Assembly: GCA_965237905.1 (NCBI GenBank)
Contig: OZ250172.1
Span: 2,368,001-2,432,000, forward strand
Origin: Nitrospinaceae bacterium
Lineage (GTDB): Bacteria > Nitrospinota > Nitrospinia > Nitrospinales > Nitrospinaceae
Direction of reading: 5' to 3'
DNA: 64,000 nt
Position 1 is the stretch's first letter, and each line of letters begins with the position of its first letter. Shown here in pieces: positions 1-12,800 of this stretch. The translations under genes and the position numbers were made by a program. A model generated the notes under the pieces. It saw nothing but the letters and a program-made list of their open reading frames with translations. It was not told where the DNA came from and made no database searches.

Positions 1-2
1 TG

Positions 3-880
3 AACTACTCAGCCTACACGACGAATGTCTCCATCAATCTCAATGCCAATACGGCAACGGGAGTGACCGGAACGGCAGCCAATATCGTCAACGTGATCGG
101 CGGCACGGGTAACGACACGTTGACGGGTGCCGACAGTGCGAACACCTGGAACGTTACGGGACTGAACTCCGGTAGCGTGGGCGGCACAAGTTTCAGTGGT
201 ATCGAGAATCTCGCCGGTGGTATCGATGCCGACAGTTTCACGTTCGCCGCCCTGAGTTCGGTGGACTCCGTAGCGGGTGGCGGTGGCAGTGACACCCTCG
301 ATCTGTCCTCCGATACAGCAGGTGTGACAGTTGATCTGAGTCTCGGCACGGCGAGTTATGCGGGTACGATCTCTGATATCGAAAATGTGGTGACCGGTGC
401 GGGTAACGATACCATCATCGGTGCGTTGAGCGCGGTGTTGTTGGATACGGGTGCCGGCACGGATACGCTCGACTTCTCGAATGTTGCTTCCAGTTTAAAT
501 ATCACAGTGCATGCGGATGGTACGACCAGCGTAACCGACGGCGTGGATACCGTCAACGGTATCAGTGGTGCCGAGAACATCATCGGCGGTACCGGTACCA
601 ATACCTATACCTTCGAGAATGGGGCATCGCTTGCCGGTAACATCACCGGTGGCAGTAATGTTCTGAGCTACGCGGCGTACACGACGAGTGTTTCAGTTGA
701 TCTGGGTAACAACACGGCGACAGGCACAACGGGTGCATCGAGCGTCGTCAACGTGATCGGCGGCACAGGTTCAGATACGCTGAGGGGTCCTGCGCCCAAT
801 TCCACGTGGACCATAGACGGTCCCAATTCGGGAGAGGTGGCAGGAGTTACCTTCAGCGGTATTGAGAATCTGACCGGCGC
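3..880 (+). repeat. ~660-bp-period repeat unit at the window edge
   Basis: TCGTCAACGTGATCGGCGGCAC occurs at 85-106 and 745-766. The protein motif YxAYTTxVSxxLxxNTATG...VNVIGGTGxDTL...FSGIENLxG recurs with the same spacing. Confidence 0.8.
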
Positions 881-3800
881 GGCCGACAACGAGGATACCT
901 TTATATTTTACAGCACCGGCAGTCTGAGCGGTTTGGCGGATGGTGCGGCCGGTGGTTTCGACAGTCTGATTCTGGCCGATGGGGTGTACGAAACAGTTGT
1001 CTATACAGCGACTGGGATCGACTCGGGCACCATCAGCCGCGACGGCGATATGATCACCTTTGTGGGTTTGGAGCCCACGACAGACAACACGGCTGGTAAC
1101 AAGATCGTAGACATTACCACGGCTCCCTTCGATCCGACGAACGGCGCCGATATAATCACCATCTCGGGCGGTACGGGCACACTGACCGTCGCGGGTGATA
1201 CCTTTGAAGACATTACTTTTGGTGGGCTCAATCCGGGCGACACAGTCACCGTTGATGCCGAAGGTGGGAACGATAGCATTACCATCCAGTCGTTGGGCGA
1301 CTTCGATGGCAATTTGCGCGTTCGAGGCGGTTCCGGCAACGATCAGATTACTATTGAAAATCTTGGAAGTTACAGCCGTACCCTTACTATCCAAGGGAAC
1401 ACTGGGGACGATACCATTACCCTCGATGCCATCACTGCTTCCGCCACCTATGATCTGCGCGGCGGTTTAGAAATCACCGGTGACACGGTGGAAGCTATGG
1501 TATCAGGTGATACTGATTTTACCTTATCGGACACTCAGCTGAAGGTGGGTACCAAGAATATTTCCTTGTTCTTTATTGAGAAAGCCAATCTGACTGGCGG
1601 GGGTGGCAATACCGAATTTGACATTCTGAACACATGGACGGGCGATGCCACACTTACAGGTGGCGGTGGCGACGACAATCTGGATCTGACAGGTCTTGCG
1701 AATCCGTTGGATCTCACCATGTCCGGCAACACCATCACCAATAATAACCCTACTCCTAGTATCACGATTGACCAGCCGGGCGGCATTACCGAAGAAATCG
1801 ACTTTGATCTTTTTAATGACCCCGGTGATTTGGCTCCGGGTACTGTGAGTGCCGGCGAACTGCGTGACGCTTTCACCAAGGGGCTGGACGATCTGGTGGA
1901 TTTCGCCGATAAGCTGGTGGATACCGCCAGCGGCATCCAGGAGTTGCTGAACACTCTGCCTTTCCTGGGAACGCAGGTGGCTGAAGTTACCGAAAACATC
2001 GGACTCAACGATATCTTTAACTTGGGCGACACAGGCGGATTTTTCGATGATCTGAGGGACATCATCAACGGAACCGATGTTTTGGGTTCACTGCCAGCTT
2101 CTCCAAAACTTTCCGATGTGATCAATGCCATCAACTCCGCGGGCACGCCGGGTATCATCGATAACATTAGCGCGTCTTTCCACGACACTGCGTACCGTCC
2201 CAAGGGCAATATGGACGGACAAGCGCTTGAGGTGCTGATCGATCTTAGGATAATGGGAAGCGTGATGGACACCTTTGACTTGGATCTGGGTGAAATCGCC
2301 AACTTCCAGGGTCTTGACCTGGGTACGATTACCGTCGATGCCACGGTGATGGTGGATGCAGACATCACCATTGGTTTGACCACCGGGCCCAGCCCGGAGT
2401 TATTCCTCCTGCCTAACGGCACCCTGACCTTTACGCTGGATGTCGATGCAGACTTGACCGGATTGGATATCAATCTCGGGATTCTCGAGATGGTAGGAGC
2501 CGGCATGCTCGATTATCAGGGTGTGCTGGAGTTGACTCTGAAGGATCCGGGCAACACCGCCTTGGACGACCGGATTGATATCAATGAAATCACCAGCGCG
2601 AATGCCGGTCAGCTGGTTGACGTTAACCCCACCACAGATACTTATAACGCCAGCGCCGCGGTCAACCTCAATGCGGGTATTTCGACCGCCGCCGGTGCGA
2701 TCACCGCGTTTGCCGATTCCCCAGCGGACCTGGGAAATAAAACCAGGGTGACCTCCAACGCGCATGGGTTGTCCAATGGCGATCAGATTTTGATCGAAGG
2801 CACCACCAGTTACAACGATACGTATACGGTTCCCAGTGTTACGGCGGATACGTTTGACATTACCGAGGCGTTTGTTGCCGATGACGCCACCGGTACCTGG
2901 TCGAAAGATCTTTCGTTAGCGAGCGCCACGCTGAATGTCAGCGGTTCTATTTTTGGAAATCTTTCCAGCCCGGCCGCGGCCCCCACGGTGGATTTGGACT
3001 TGGGCGCCATCAATTTATTTGAAGGTTTCAACAACATGAGCCCGCTGGAATTGCTCGGCCTGTTGAGTGATGCGGCCAATACCTTTGCCACCATTACCGG
3101 CACCGATCTCCTGGACCAGGAGATTCCGTTTACCGGCAGGACCATTGGCGATGTGCTGAACTTTGCCGAGACCTTTAGAACGGAAGTGCTGAATCCGCTG
3201 TTCAAGAGCGGCGATGCCGCCAATCCCGATTTCAACGGCGATAACGCGATCGATGCCGACGATCTGAACTTCACCGGTATACAGGGTCTGGTGGATACCC
3301 TGGGAGACAAACTGGGTCTGCCCCCGATCAGCGCCATTTTTGACGACACCACCAAGGAACTGAAATTCACGATAGATTTCGCCCGCGCCTTCGGCATCGG
3401 GAATGGACAGGTCACCACCATTGCGGATGGTGACGGGATTACCGGCGAGCACCAGCAATTGGAAATTGACCGCAACACAGTGGCCAATTTCCGCCTGGCC
3501 TTCATCAGCAGTTCCGGTGATCTCATTCTCACCGACCCGATTGATACCAGTCTCGCGGACACGGATGCCGCCGTAGCTTCGAAGATCCAATCCAAGCTGA
3601 TAGCATTGACCGAGATCACTGGCGTCACGGTAACGCCTGAGGCCAGTGGGGTGACCACGGCGGCGTTTGCCGATTCTGGTGTGAGTCCTGGGCAGAAAAC
3701 CAGAGTGACTGACACCGCCCATGGGTTGGCCAACGGGGATGTGGTTTTTATCGGCGGCACCGACAACTATGACGGCCAATATGAAATTTCGAATGTCACC

Positions 3801-6800
3801 CCGGACACTTTCGACATTACCAAGGCCTTCTCCGAAGACGATCCCAGCGGTCACTGGGGTAAAGGGATTTATAACATTGTCTTCGACGATCCGCTGAGTG
3901 ATTTTCCGCACATGTCGTTTGTGGAAGGCTTGTCCATCAATTTCGGGGAAAGCCTGGGCGACTTTGCGAGTATCGAAACTTCCGGGTCGTTCCATCTGGC
4001 GGCGGGTCTGGATACCGGATTGACCTTTGGCGTGGACCTGAGTCCCAACACCCAGATCGCCGTGGTGCCGCCGGCGTTTACTCCGGACAAAGTGGGCCGG
4101 GTGGATGTGACGACCCTCTTAGATGGCGGCCAATTTTTAGATCCGGAAACTACTGATGAAGAAGTGAGTGTGGTTGTCAATGCGATTGAGGGGACCTTTA
4201 AGCTGGCGTTCCGCAACACCCCGGGATCAGGCGACTTCCTGTTGTCCGATGCCATTGATTTCGATTCTGACGCGGCAGATTTCGAGACAGCTCTGATTAA
4301 CGGTTGGGGAGTTGCGGACAGCGCTATCGATGTTACAAAAGACGGATCGAACCCCGTTTACACGATCTCCTTTAAGGGCACTTTGGCCGATCTGGATGTT
4401 GAGGTTGTTTCAGATGACGGAATTCTAAGCACCGATGCCACCTTCGATTTAAAGGTCTTCAATCTGGGTGCGCCGATTCTGGATAGTGCGGGCAAACTGC
4501 AGTTTTTGCCCAATGGTGAAGTGATGCGTGAGCCCAATGCACTGTTTGCAATGACCACGCCCATCACCGTGCTGAAAGCGAAAACTCTGGACAATGCTTC
4601 GTTGCAGGATCTGGCTGAGGACGTGCAGGCGGCGGTCGATGATGCCGTTAATGCCACGGGCCAGACTTTGGGTATCAATCCGTTGTCCTGGACGGCTGTC
4701 AACAATACTGAAACGGCTGCGCACAATACGATTCTGGAGCCCGAAAACGATTTCCGAATCCTTATCGAACTTAAGGATACAGGGGATTCGGATAATGATT
4801 TTGATGTTCAAGGCATCCTGAGGCAAACTTCGGTTATCTCATCAGACCCATTGGAGCTCCTGTTTGAACAGATGACGCCCTCGATCGGCAATGTGGTGGG
4901 TGAATTGCAGGAGGTGATCACTGCGGCCCTGGACGGAACCGGAATCGGTATCACGGTCGGTCAGAACGGCGCGGGTGATAAATTGACCTTTACTCCTAGC
5001 GGTGTTGGAGCGGGACAAACGCTGACCCTCAGCACGCGGTCTCTGGTGTTGGCTTCGGCAGGCGGCGGACGTATTTCGTTGTCGGCGGAATCGGTCGGTG
5101 CGATCACGGATAGCGAAGGTGACATCACCGCCTTTGCGGATTCCGGAACCGACCCCGGGGTTAAAACCACGGTGACCTCCCCGGGTCATGGGTTGAACGA
5201 CGGGGAAACGGTTTTTATCACCGGCGTCCTGGCGGGTTCCGTGGCGGCCTTTGCTGATTCCATAGCAGACCCGGGAAATAAAACCACAGTGACCACGGGA
5301 GCCGCTCACAACTTGGCTGCCGACGATGTGGTCCGGCTTGCGGGTACGGGTACGGACAAATTTGACGGCGATTTTCTCGTTACCGTTATTGACGCCACTA
5401 ATTTTGACATTGAAAAGGCGTTTGTATCCGGCGCCACACTCGGAACCTGGTCGATCGTCAACAAGGAATTCACCATTTCCAATGTCACCGCCAACACGTA
5501 TGACATTGCACTCGCTTTCGTGGCCGGTGCGTCGACCGGAACGTGGGTGACGGATCCGAACTTCCCGCTGGTGTCGTCGACCCTGGTGGACCGGTTCGTT
5601 CAGATCAATATTCCCGGGGCGACCGGTAATACCGCTTACACCGAATTGGGCCTCGCCAGCTCGCCGACTCGCTTTGACGGCATCATTACCAACGACATCG
5701 AGATCACTCTCCAGATCAATGAGGTGGCTGTGGATGTCACCGTTCTGGCGGGTAATACGGACGGGGCAATCGGCACGGCCAATACCACGATTCAAGACCT
5801 GGTGGATGACATCCAATTGGCTGTGACAACAGCTCTTAATGCCAACTCAGTCGCTTTGACCGCCGCGGGTATTACTGGGATTGTGGGTGACACGATTGAA
5901 GTCAAGCTGGCCGATCCCAACGGCAACCGCATTCAGTTTTTGGCGGCAGATGGCAAGGGAGTCAGCAAGCTTGCTTATAAAATTGATCCATCCAACCCGA
6001 GCAATGGCGCTTTAACAGAGCTTGGTTTTGATCTGGACCAACTCGATACAATAACCGGTCAGAGTGAAGTCAAGAAAGCCAAGGCGGATACGTTCTTCCT
6101 GGAAGACGTTTCGTTCAGCGGCGAGTTCGGTGTGTTCGCCAACAACATTTCAGCCACCGCCAGTGTCGGCTTCCTGGGTGTGACCGCTACGCTCGATCCG
6201 ACCCTCAATGCAACCGATGAATTCATTGGTGCGGATGTGGATTTTGCTCTGCGCAATCCGCTGGACGGGACTTCCCGCATCGGGGTGAAGCTGATCGCCA
6301 ACGCAATCGAGGATGGCAAGCTCTTTTTTGACGCCGCGGAAGGCTTCGGCGGTACTAATGCAGACCCGCAGACTGGATTTGTCGACGGCACGATCGATGG
6401 CGGCATCGGATTGAGCCTCGATATCAAACCGGATGGTTTGTTGAGCGGCCTGCCGGCCAGCATTTCCGCGTCGCTGGATCTCATAGCGGAAAGTCCGAAC
6501 TGGCTCATCTCACCTCCTCTGTTAAGTGATCCGCTGGGTTTCGAGGAAGTACTCAATACTGGAATGGCCCAGGCGGGAATCGCCAATGCCATTACACTGG
6601 CGGCTTCGTCGACGACCCAGGACGACTTCTTCAACGGCTCGAAAATACGCATTACCGGCGGTACCGGCAAGGTTGGCGAAACTCGAAGGATCACGGACTA
6701 TGACGGCACCTCCAAGGTAGCCACGGTCGACGCCAACTGGACCACCAACCCGGATGGTACTACCACCTATGAAATTTTGCTCAGTCCGATCCGGTTCACC

Positions 6801-9800
6801 GGTACCAATACGGAAACACTGGCCACGGCCTTGTCGAGTGGTGTCTTGACGGAGAACGTCAGTATCGTTGTTTCCAATAATAATGACGGAGTGAATGCCG
6901 ATCCGGACGAGGCGGTGGGTCTGCTGAAGGCCGGAGATTACGGAAACGCGGCGGGATTACAGGCGGTTTTGCAGGGTGTGGTGGATGATGCTCGTGCCCG
7001 GCTGGCCGACAAGGTAGGCGGCCCGGTTGGAGCCATCACGGTAGGTCTTACCGGCTCCAATCTGACGGTCACCGGCGACAGCGGCATGAGCCTGCGCGCC
7101 AACCGGATTGTATTGGACTTCATGGGACCGGATTTCGATGACATCCTTTCCCAGTTCCGTGATTTCAGTTTTGATGACATCATCGCCGCTCTACAATTCA
7201 TAGTCGACTTCCTGGACGGGATCCAAGAGGCCGGTTTGGCCGAAGACGTGTTCGATTTCCAGATTCCGTTGATCAACCAGAGCGTGGGCGATCTTATTGA
7301 TCTCGGCGGCGAGTTCCTCGACTTTGTCGAAGAAATATCGAGCAATCCCTCCGGTTCCCTGCAGATACTTGAGAATGTATTGCGTGACACATTGAACCTG
7401 CCACAGTTGGCCGATCCGCTGGGAATGGGGCTGGCACTGGGGACCAGTGTTTCGCAAAGCCTGGATACGTTGTTCACGTTTGGTACGGAAACTGCCGCGC
7501 AATTGGCCCAGGATATGTCCTTCCGTCTATCCAACGGGGTTGATGAAGTGCTGGTCGAGTTGCGCGCCGCAGAAACCCAGCTCAACGCCGATCTGGCCGC
7601 TCTGGTCAGTCAAATTCAGGGTAAGGTGGATGCCGCCTTGGCCGAACTGGGAGTGGGCGGGTCGCTGACGGTGACCGAGTCCAGTGGGATGATTTCTCTT
7701 GATCCCAGCGGGCTCACTGGTGTGAACCTGAGTCCGTTCAGCCTGTTCTCACTGGATCTTCCGAACGGTCTGCTGAATCTCGATTACAATTTCTCCGCCT
7801 CGGCGGAAGAGAACCGTTCGTTCAATCTGGATCTGGCCGATGCCGGCCTGCCTTCGGAATTCACCAATCTGCTCGGGGTGAGCTCTTCGGGTCTCCTCGC
7901 GGTGGCGGCGGATTTGGAATTCAACCTCGGCCTGGGCCTTGATCTGCTGGGCAATGATAAAGGATTCTTCATTCGCACCGATGCTACGAACTTAACGGCA
8001 TCCGCGTCGGCGTCTGGCAGTAATCTGAATTTCAGCGGCATGTTGGGGCCGCTGGGATTGTTCGTGAAAGGCGGTGACGCTAATTTAAGTGCCTCTCTCG
8101 CTGTGGATGTGGCGGATCCGGATGGGGATCAGCGTTTGGAAATCGTTGCTCTGGGCGCCAGCGGTGCCGCATCCGATTTGAGCCGTTTAGATGAATTTGT
8201 GGTGTTCGGCAATCTGGTCGATACAGGCAACATCATCCTAACGGCCACTGCGGATGCCTCCCTGCCGTTGTTCTTCGGTCTCGAAAGCAGTCCGGCGCCT
8301 TTAGGCACTCCTAATATTCTGAGTGTGGATATCGATCTGATCGAATTGATCCTCGATGTTGACAACAATATGGACGGGAAAATCGGCTTCGATTTTACTC
8401 TACCCAATGTAAACTTCAACGATCTGTCCGCTCTCATTCCGGATTTGTTCGGCATGCTGGCCGACCCGGCGATGATGGTCGACGGCCTCAACCTGATATT
8501 GAAGACCCTGCAGGATACGTTGAACGGTGAGGTCTTCGGATTTGAACTGCCGTTGATCGGCGATTTGCTGGAGAACAACCCGGTCTCCAACTTTATCGAG
8601 GATTTCCGGGTGGATGTCCTGCAACCCTTTGCCAATACCCTGCGCAACTCCAATGCCAATCTCGACAGTTTGATTGAATTGATACGGAACACGTTCCTGG
8701 ATGGCTTCGGGCCTGCAGGGCTGAATATTTTGAAGGACCAGGCTCTGAACGGTGTGGGACTAGAAGACATTACCGCGAATTTTTTCAAAACGGTTGATAT
8801 GGGGGGCACGCCTACCCGTGTCCTTGCAGATGGTATTACCGATGCTGAATTCCTGCAGTTTGATTTCGACATCGGCAAGATGTTTTCCTTCCAGACGGAA
8901 GAGATCATTCTGGACCTGGGCATCCCGGCGTTTGGATTGAGTGCGCGTCTGCGCCCGCGGGTGAATATCGACTTCAACCTGCACTTCGGGTTCGGTGTCG
9001 ATGAAGATTTGGGTTTTTACTTCGTGGCCGATCATAAAGATAGCATGGGGAATCCCGCTCCGGAGCTTACTGCCGATGTGACGGTGGACTTCGGCACCAC
9101 GTCCAATCCGCTGTCCGATACGTCATCGGAGATGGATGTGCAGGAGGCGTTGGAGAAACTGCCCGGCATCGGCGAGGGTAACGTCATGGTGACTGGAAGC
9201 GCCGGCGGACCGTACACGGTCAACCTGCTCAATGGTGTGCAACTCGACGATGCGTTCCTCGCAGTGAACCTTGGCGGCGCGTCCGTCAGCGTCACTCGGG
9301 TTTCATCCACGCAACAGACCATTACCGTCACCGGCACGGGTCAATTTGCGGTCGGCATTCCCGCCGAGCTCGAAGGCCAACTATTGTTCCTGGCGCTTCA
9401 GATTTCGGATGGTGTTGACCTCATGGGCGATGGATTCGACACCGTTACCGATGCCCTGACCAACGTATCGCAATTTGCCAGTGAGGATTTCAGTAAGTTG
9501 TCCCTGGCCGCTACTCTGGATATTGTGGAACTAAGCGGCGACGGCAAACTGTCCTTTCCGGAGCTGTTCAGTCAATCGTCGGGTGAAACGTTTGAGATCA
9601 ATGTGTTCGGCGCGGCCCTCCTGAGAGCGCACGCCCAGGTGGATTTCAGCACTATTAATGACGACGTGGCCCGGCTCCTGCCGTCCATCGGCACGGATAT
9701 CATTATTGACTTCACCATTGGTTACAATCCAACCGACGGAATCCAGGTGGGCGAACCGAATATCGGGTTGGCCAACATTTCCGTCGACCTCGGGGATATT

Positions 9801-12800
9801 ATCGACGGGATTGCCGGTGACGTTCTGAGGGGCGTCAAAGATATTCTGGCGCCCACGGAATGGTTGATCGGTCCCGATGGTTTGTTGAACTTCCGCATTC
9901 CTCTGATTTCCGACCTGGCGGGAACCAAGGTCACTATTCGAAATACCCTGCTTCCGGCATTCGCTCCGGAGCATGCTCCCGCAGTCAATAAATTCCTGGA
10001 TGTCGTGGAACAACTGTTCTTCCTGGTGGATCTGATCGACGATGCCGCCGGGGACGCTGATGGATTGATGCTCAACTTCGGCGATTTCATCGTTACAGGC
10101 GGCGATGCTTTCGCCAACCAATACATCGGAGTGTTCAATGGTGATAGAAGTCTTCTGAAGGATGAAAGCGACGGGGATATTACCAATGTCAGCCAACTCA
10201 AGAAATTTGATCCCAATAAAATAAAAATACCCTCCGCTGATGAGATTAACCTGAGTCCTACGGCTCCGGCGACTTCCAAGAGCTTTACCAGCGGAGTGAC
10301 CGGCGAGGGAAGCTTCCAACTGGAACTGTTCAAGCCGGAGACGATCTTCAAGTTGTTGCTGGGTCAGCCGGATGTCACCCTGTTTACGGTGGAACTGCCG
10401 GAATTCGGTTTCAACTTCTTCTATCGGCAGACCTTTCCAATCGTGGGCCCGCTGGCGGGAACCTTTGGAGGGGGTATTGGCGCTAAATTTGATTTCGGCG
10501 TGGGCTTGGATACGCGCGGTTTGTCGCAGTTTTTGGCCAGCGGCAACCCGGCGACTCTGCTCAACGGGTTCTTCATCAATGATCTGGATCCGGCTACCGG
10601 ATTCGACCGGAATGAAATCAGCTTCTTTGCTGAAATCGCCGTCGGCGCCGCTCTGGACCTGGGTCTCATTAAAGCCGGGGTGGAAGGTGGAATAGCCGCG
10701 ACCATCAACTTCAACTTTGCCGATCTGGACCAGGATGGCAAGATTCGCTTCGATGAACTGGCGGCCAATCTGGTGGCCAACTCCTTCAATCCCATTGCGG
10801 TATTTGATGTCTCGGGGATGATCGAGTTCTTCCTGCGAGCCTTTGTCACGCTCAACCTGGGTTTCTTCAAGATCACCAAGAACTTCGAGTTCCTCAGGTT
10901 GACCCTGTTCGAGTTTAATATTCCGTTCGAGCGGCCAGCCATTTTGGCCAGTCAGAGCGGAGACACCTTGACGCTCAACATCGGTTCGAGCGCCGCACAA
11001 CGGCTGAACGGCAATACCAGTGATATCTCGGAATCGGTGATCGTGGAATCGGTGGGCGGCGGCGGTGTCATCGTTTATTCCGATCAGTTCAACGTGAACC
11101 GGACGGTGGCTTCAATCAGCCCGTTCTTCGGTGTGACCAAAATCGTCGCCGACGGCGGGGCCGGGAACGATGTCATTGATCTCAGTGGAATGACGGATAC
11201 CGGTATCGTTGCTGAAATCGAGGGTGGTGAAGGCGATGATGTCATCACCGGCGGTTGGGGCGATGATGTGCTGATCGGCGGCGGCGGCCGGGATACGATC
11301 CGCGGGAATAAAGGAAAGGACGAAATCTTCGGCGGCCTTGGAAACGATATGCTTTTTGGTGACGACGGCGATGATTTCCTCTTCGGCGAAGCGGGGGACG
11401 ATGAGCTGGACGGCGGCTTGGGCGCGGATACCCTGGACGGCGGCGTGGGCAACAATTTTTACACCCGAAGTGCTGGTGCAGACGTGTTTACCCTGTTGAA
11501 TACGGGAAGCACGCAATTCATTGAGGGCAATGCGGGCACTCCGGAGCTGAATCTGACCGAGCTGTTCGGCGGCGGTTTTACGTTGCCGACTTCGTTTGAC
11601 ATATTCCTGAAGGATGGTTCCATCCTGGTGGGTTCCGGCGAAAGGCTGACAGGCGTCGCCGTCCACGATATTTTGAATGATCCTTTTGATTTCCTCATCC
11701 CCGACGACGTTCCCGACTTCTACGAACACCAGATTTTTGTGGAAGATGCTTCCGGGTTTGCGAAAATCGTAGGCGGCGAATTTTCGGACAACTTTTATGT
11801 TGTGGATACCCCGAATGCGATGACCCTGGATGGCGGCATCGGTGCCGATCATTATTTCCTGATCACCAGTGACGCGATCGGCAATTCGACCATCACGGCG
11901 ACGATTGACGATCAGGGTGAAGGGCTGGCTGAGGCGAACACGATTGAAATCGTCGATCTGGATGAATTCGATGTACTTGATGTATTTGATGAAAACGGTG
12001 TGCTGATACCCGGTTTTAATTTTGCCAGTCATCAGGACGACGTCATCATTAGGGAAGATTCCATTATTCTTGATGCAGGTAGTGGCACTCCCGATACCAT
12101 TACCTATGTGTCTCCCGCAGGTGTATTCAATACCGACCAACTCGTTATCAACGTTCGTACTCTCGGTATGGATGACTTGATAACGGTTGAAAGCACTTCG
12201 TTGACCGTACCGGTACGGGTCGAAGGTGGCGCGGGTGATGACAAGATCGTTGTCGGCGGTATTGCCGCGGGTATCGATGAAATCAAGTCGATCCTGCAAC
12301 CCGGCGGTAATGGCAACGTAGGTTTCGGTCCCCTGGTTCTAGTGGGCGGCGCAGGTACCGACACGGTGGTGGTCGACGATAGTCAGGATACGTCCAATGA
12401 TACCGGTAACATCGCGGCCTTCCTCGAAACCCGTGAAGTGGAGCCCGTGGACATGGGAGGTAGCACCAATTTTACCGATGATTTCGAGGTCGGCGTGATC
12501 AGCGGCCTGGGTATGAGATTTAAGGTTCAAGATGGTGTTGTGGACGATTTTGATGAGGATACCGTTGATGTCGATCCTATTTTCGATCCACTGCAGGAAC
12601 AGGACGGCCGGATCGAGTTCGAAGGGTTTGAGATTGCCCAGGTATTGATGGGCGGAGGGAACGACATTTTCACCGTGGGCGGGGCTTTCAATCTCGATAA
12701 TGACGATTCTCAAGCCGGTACTGCGGATCCGCTGATGAACACCACTACCAAACTCAGCGTACTGCGTCTTGCCGATGATCTCATGCTTGATTCCTCTGTG

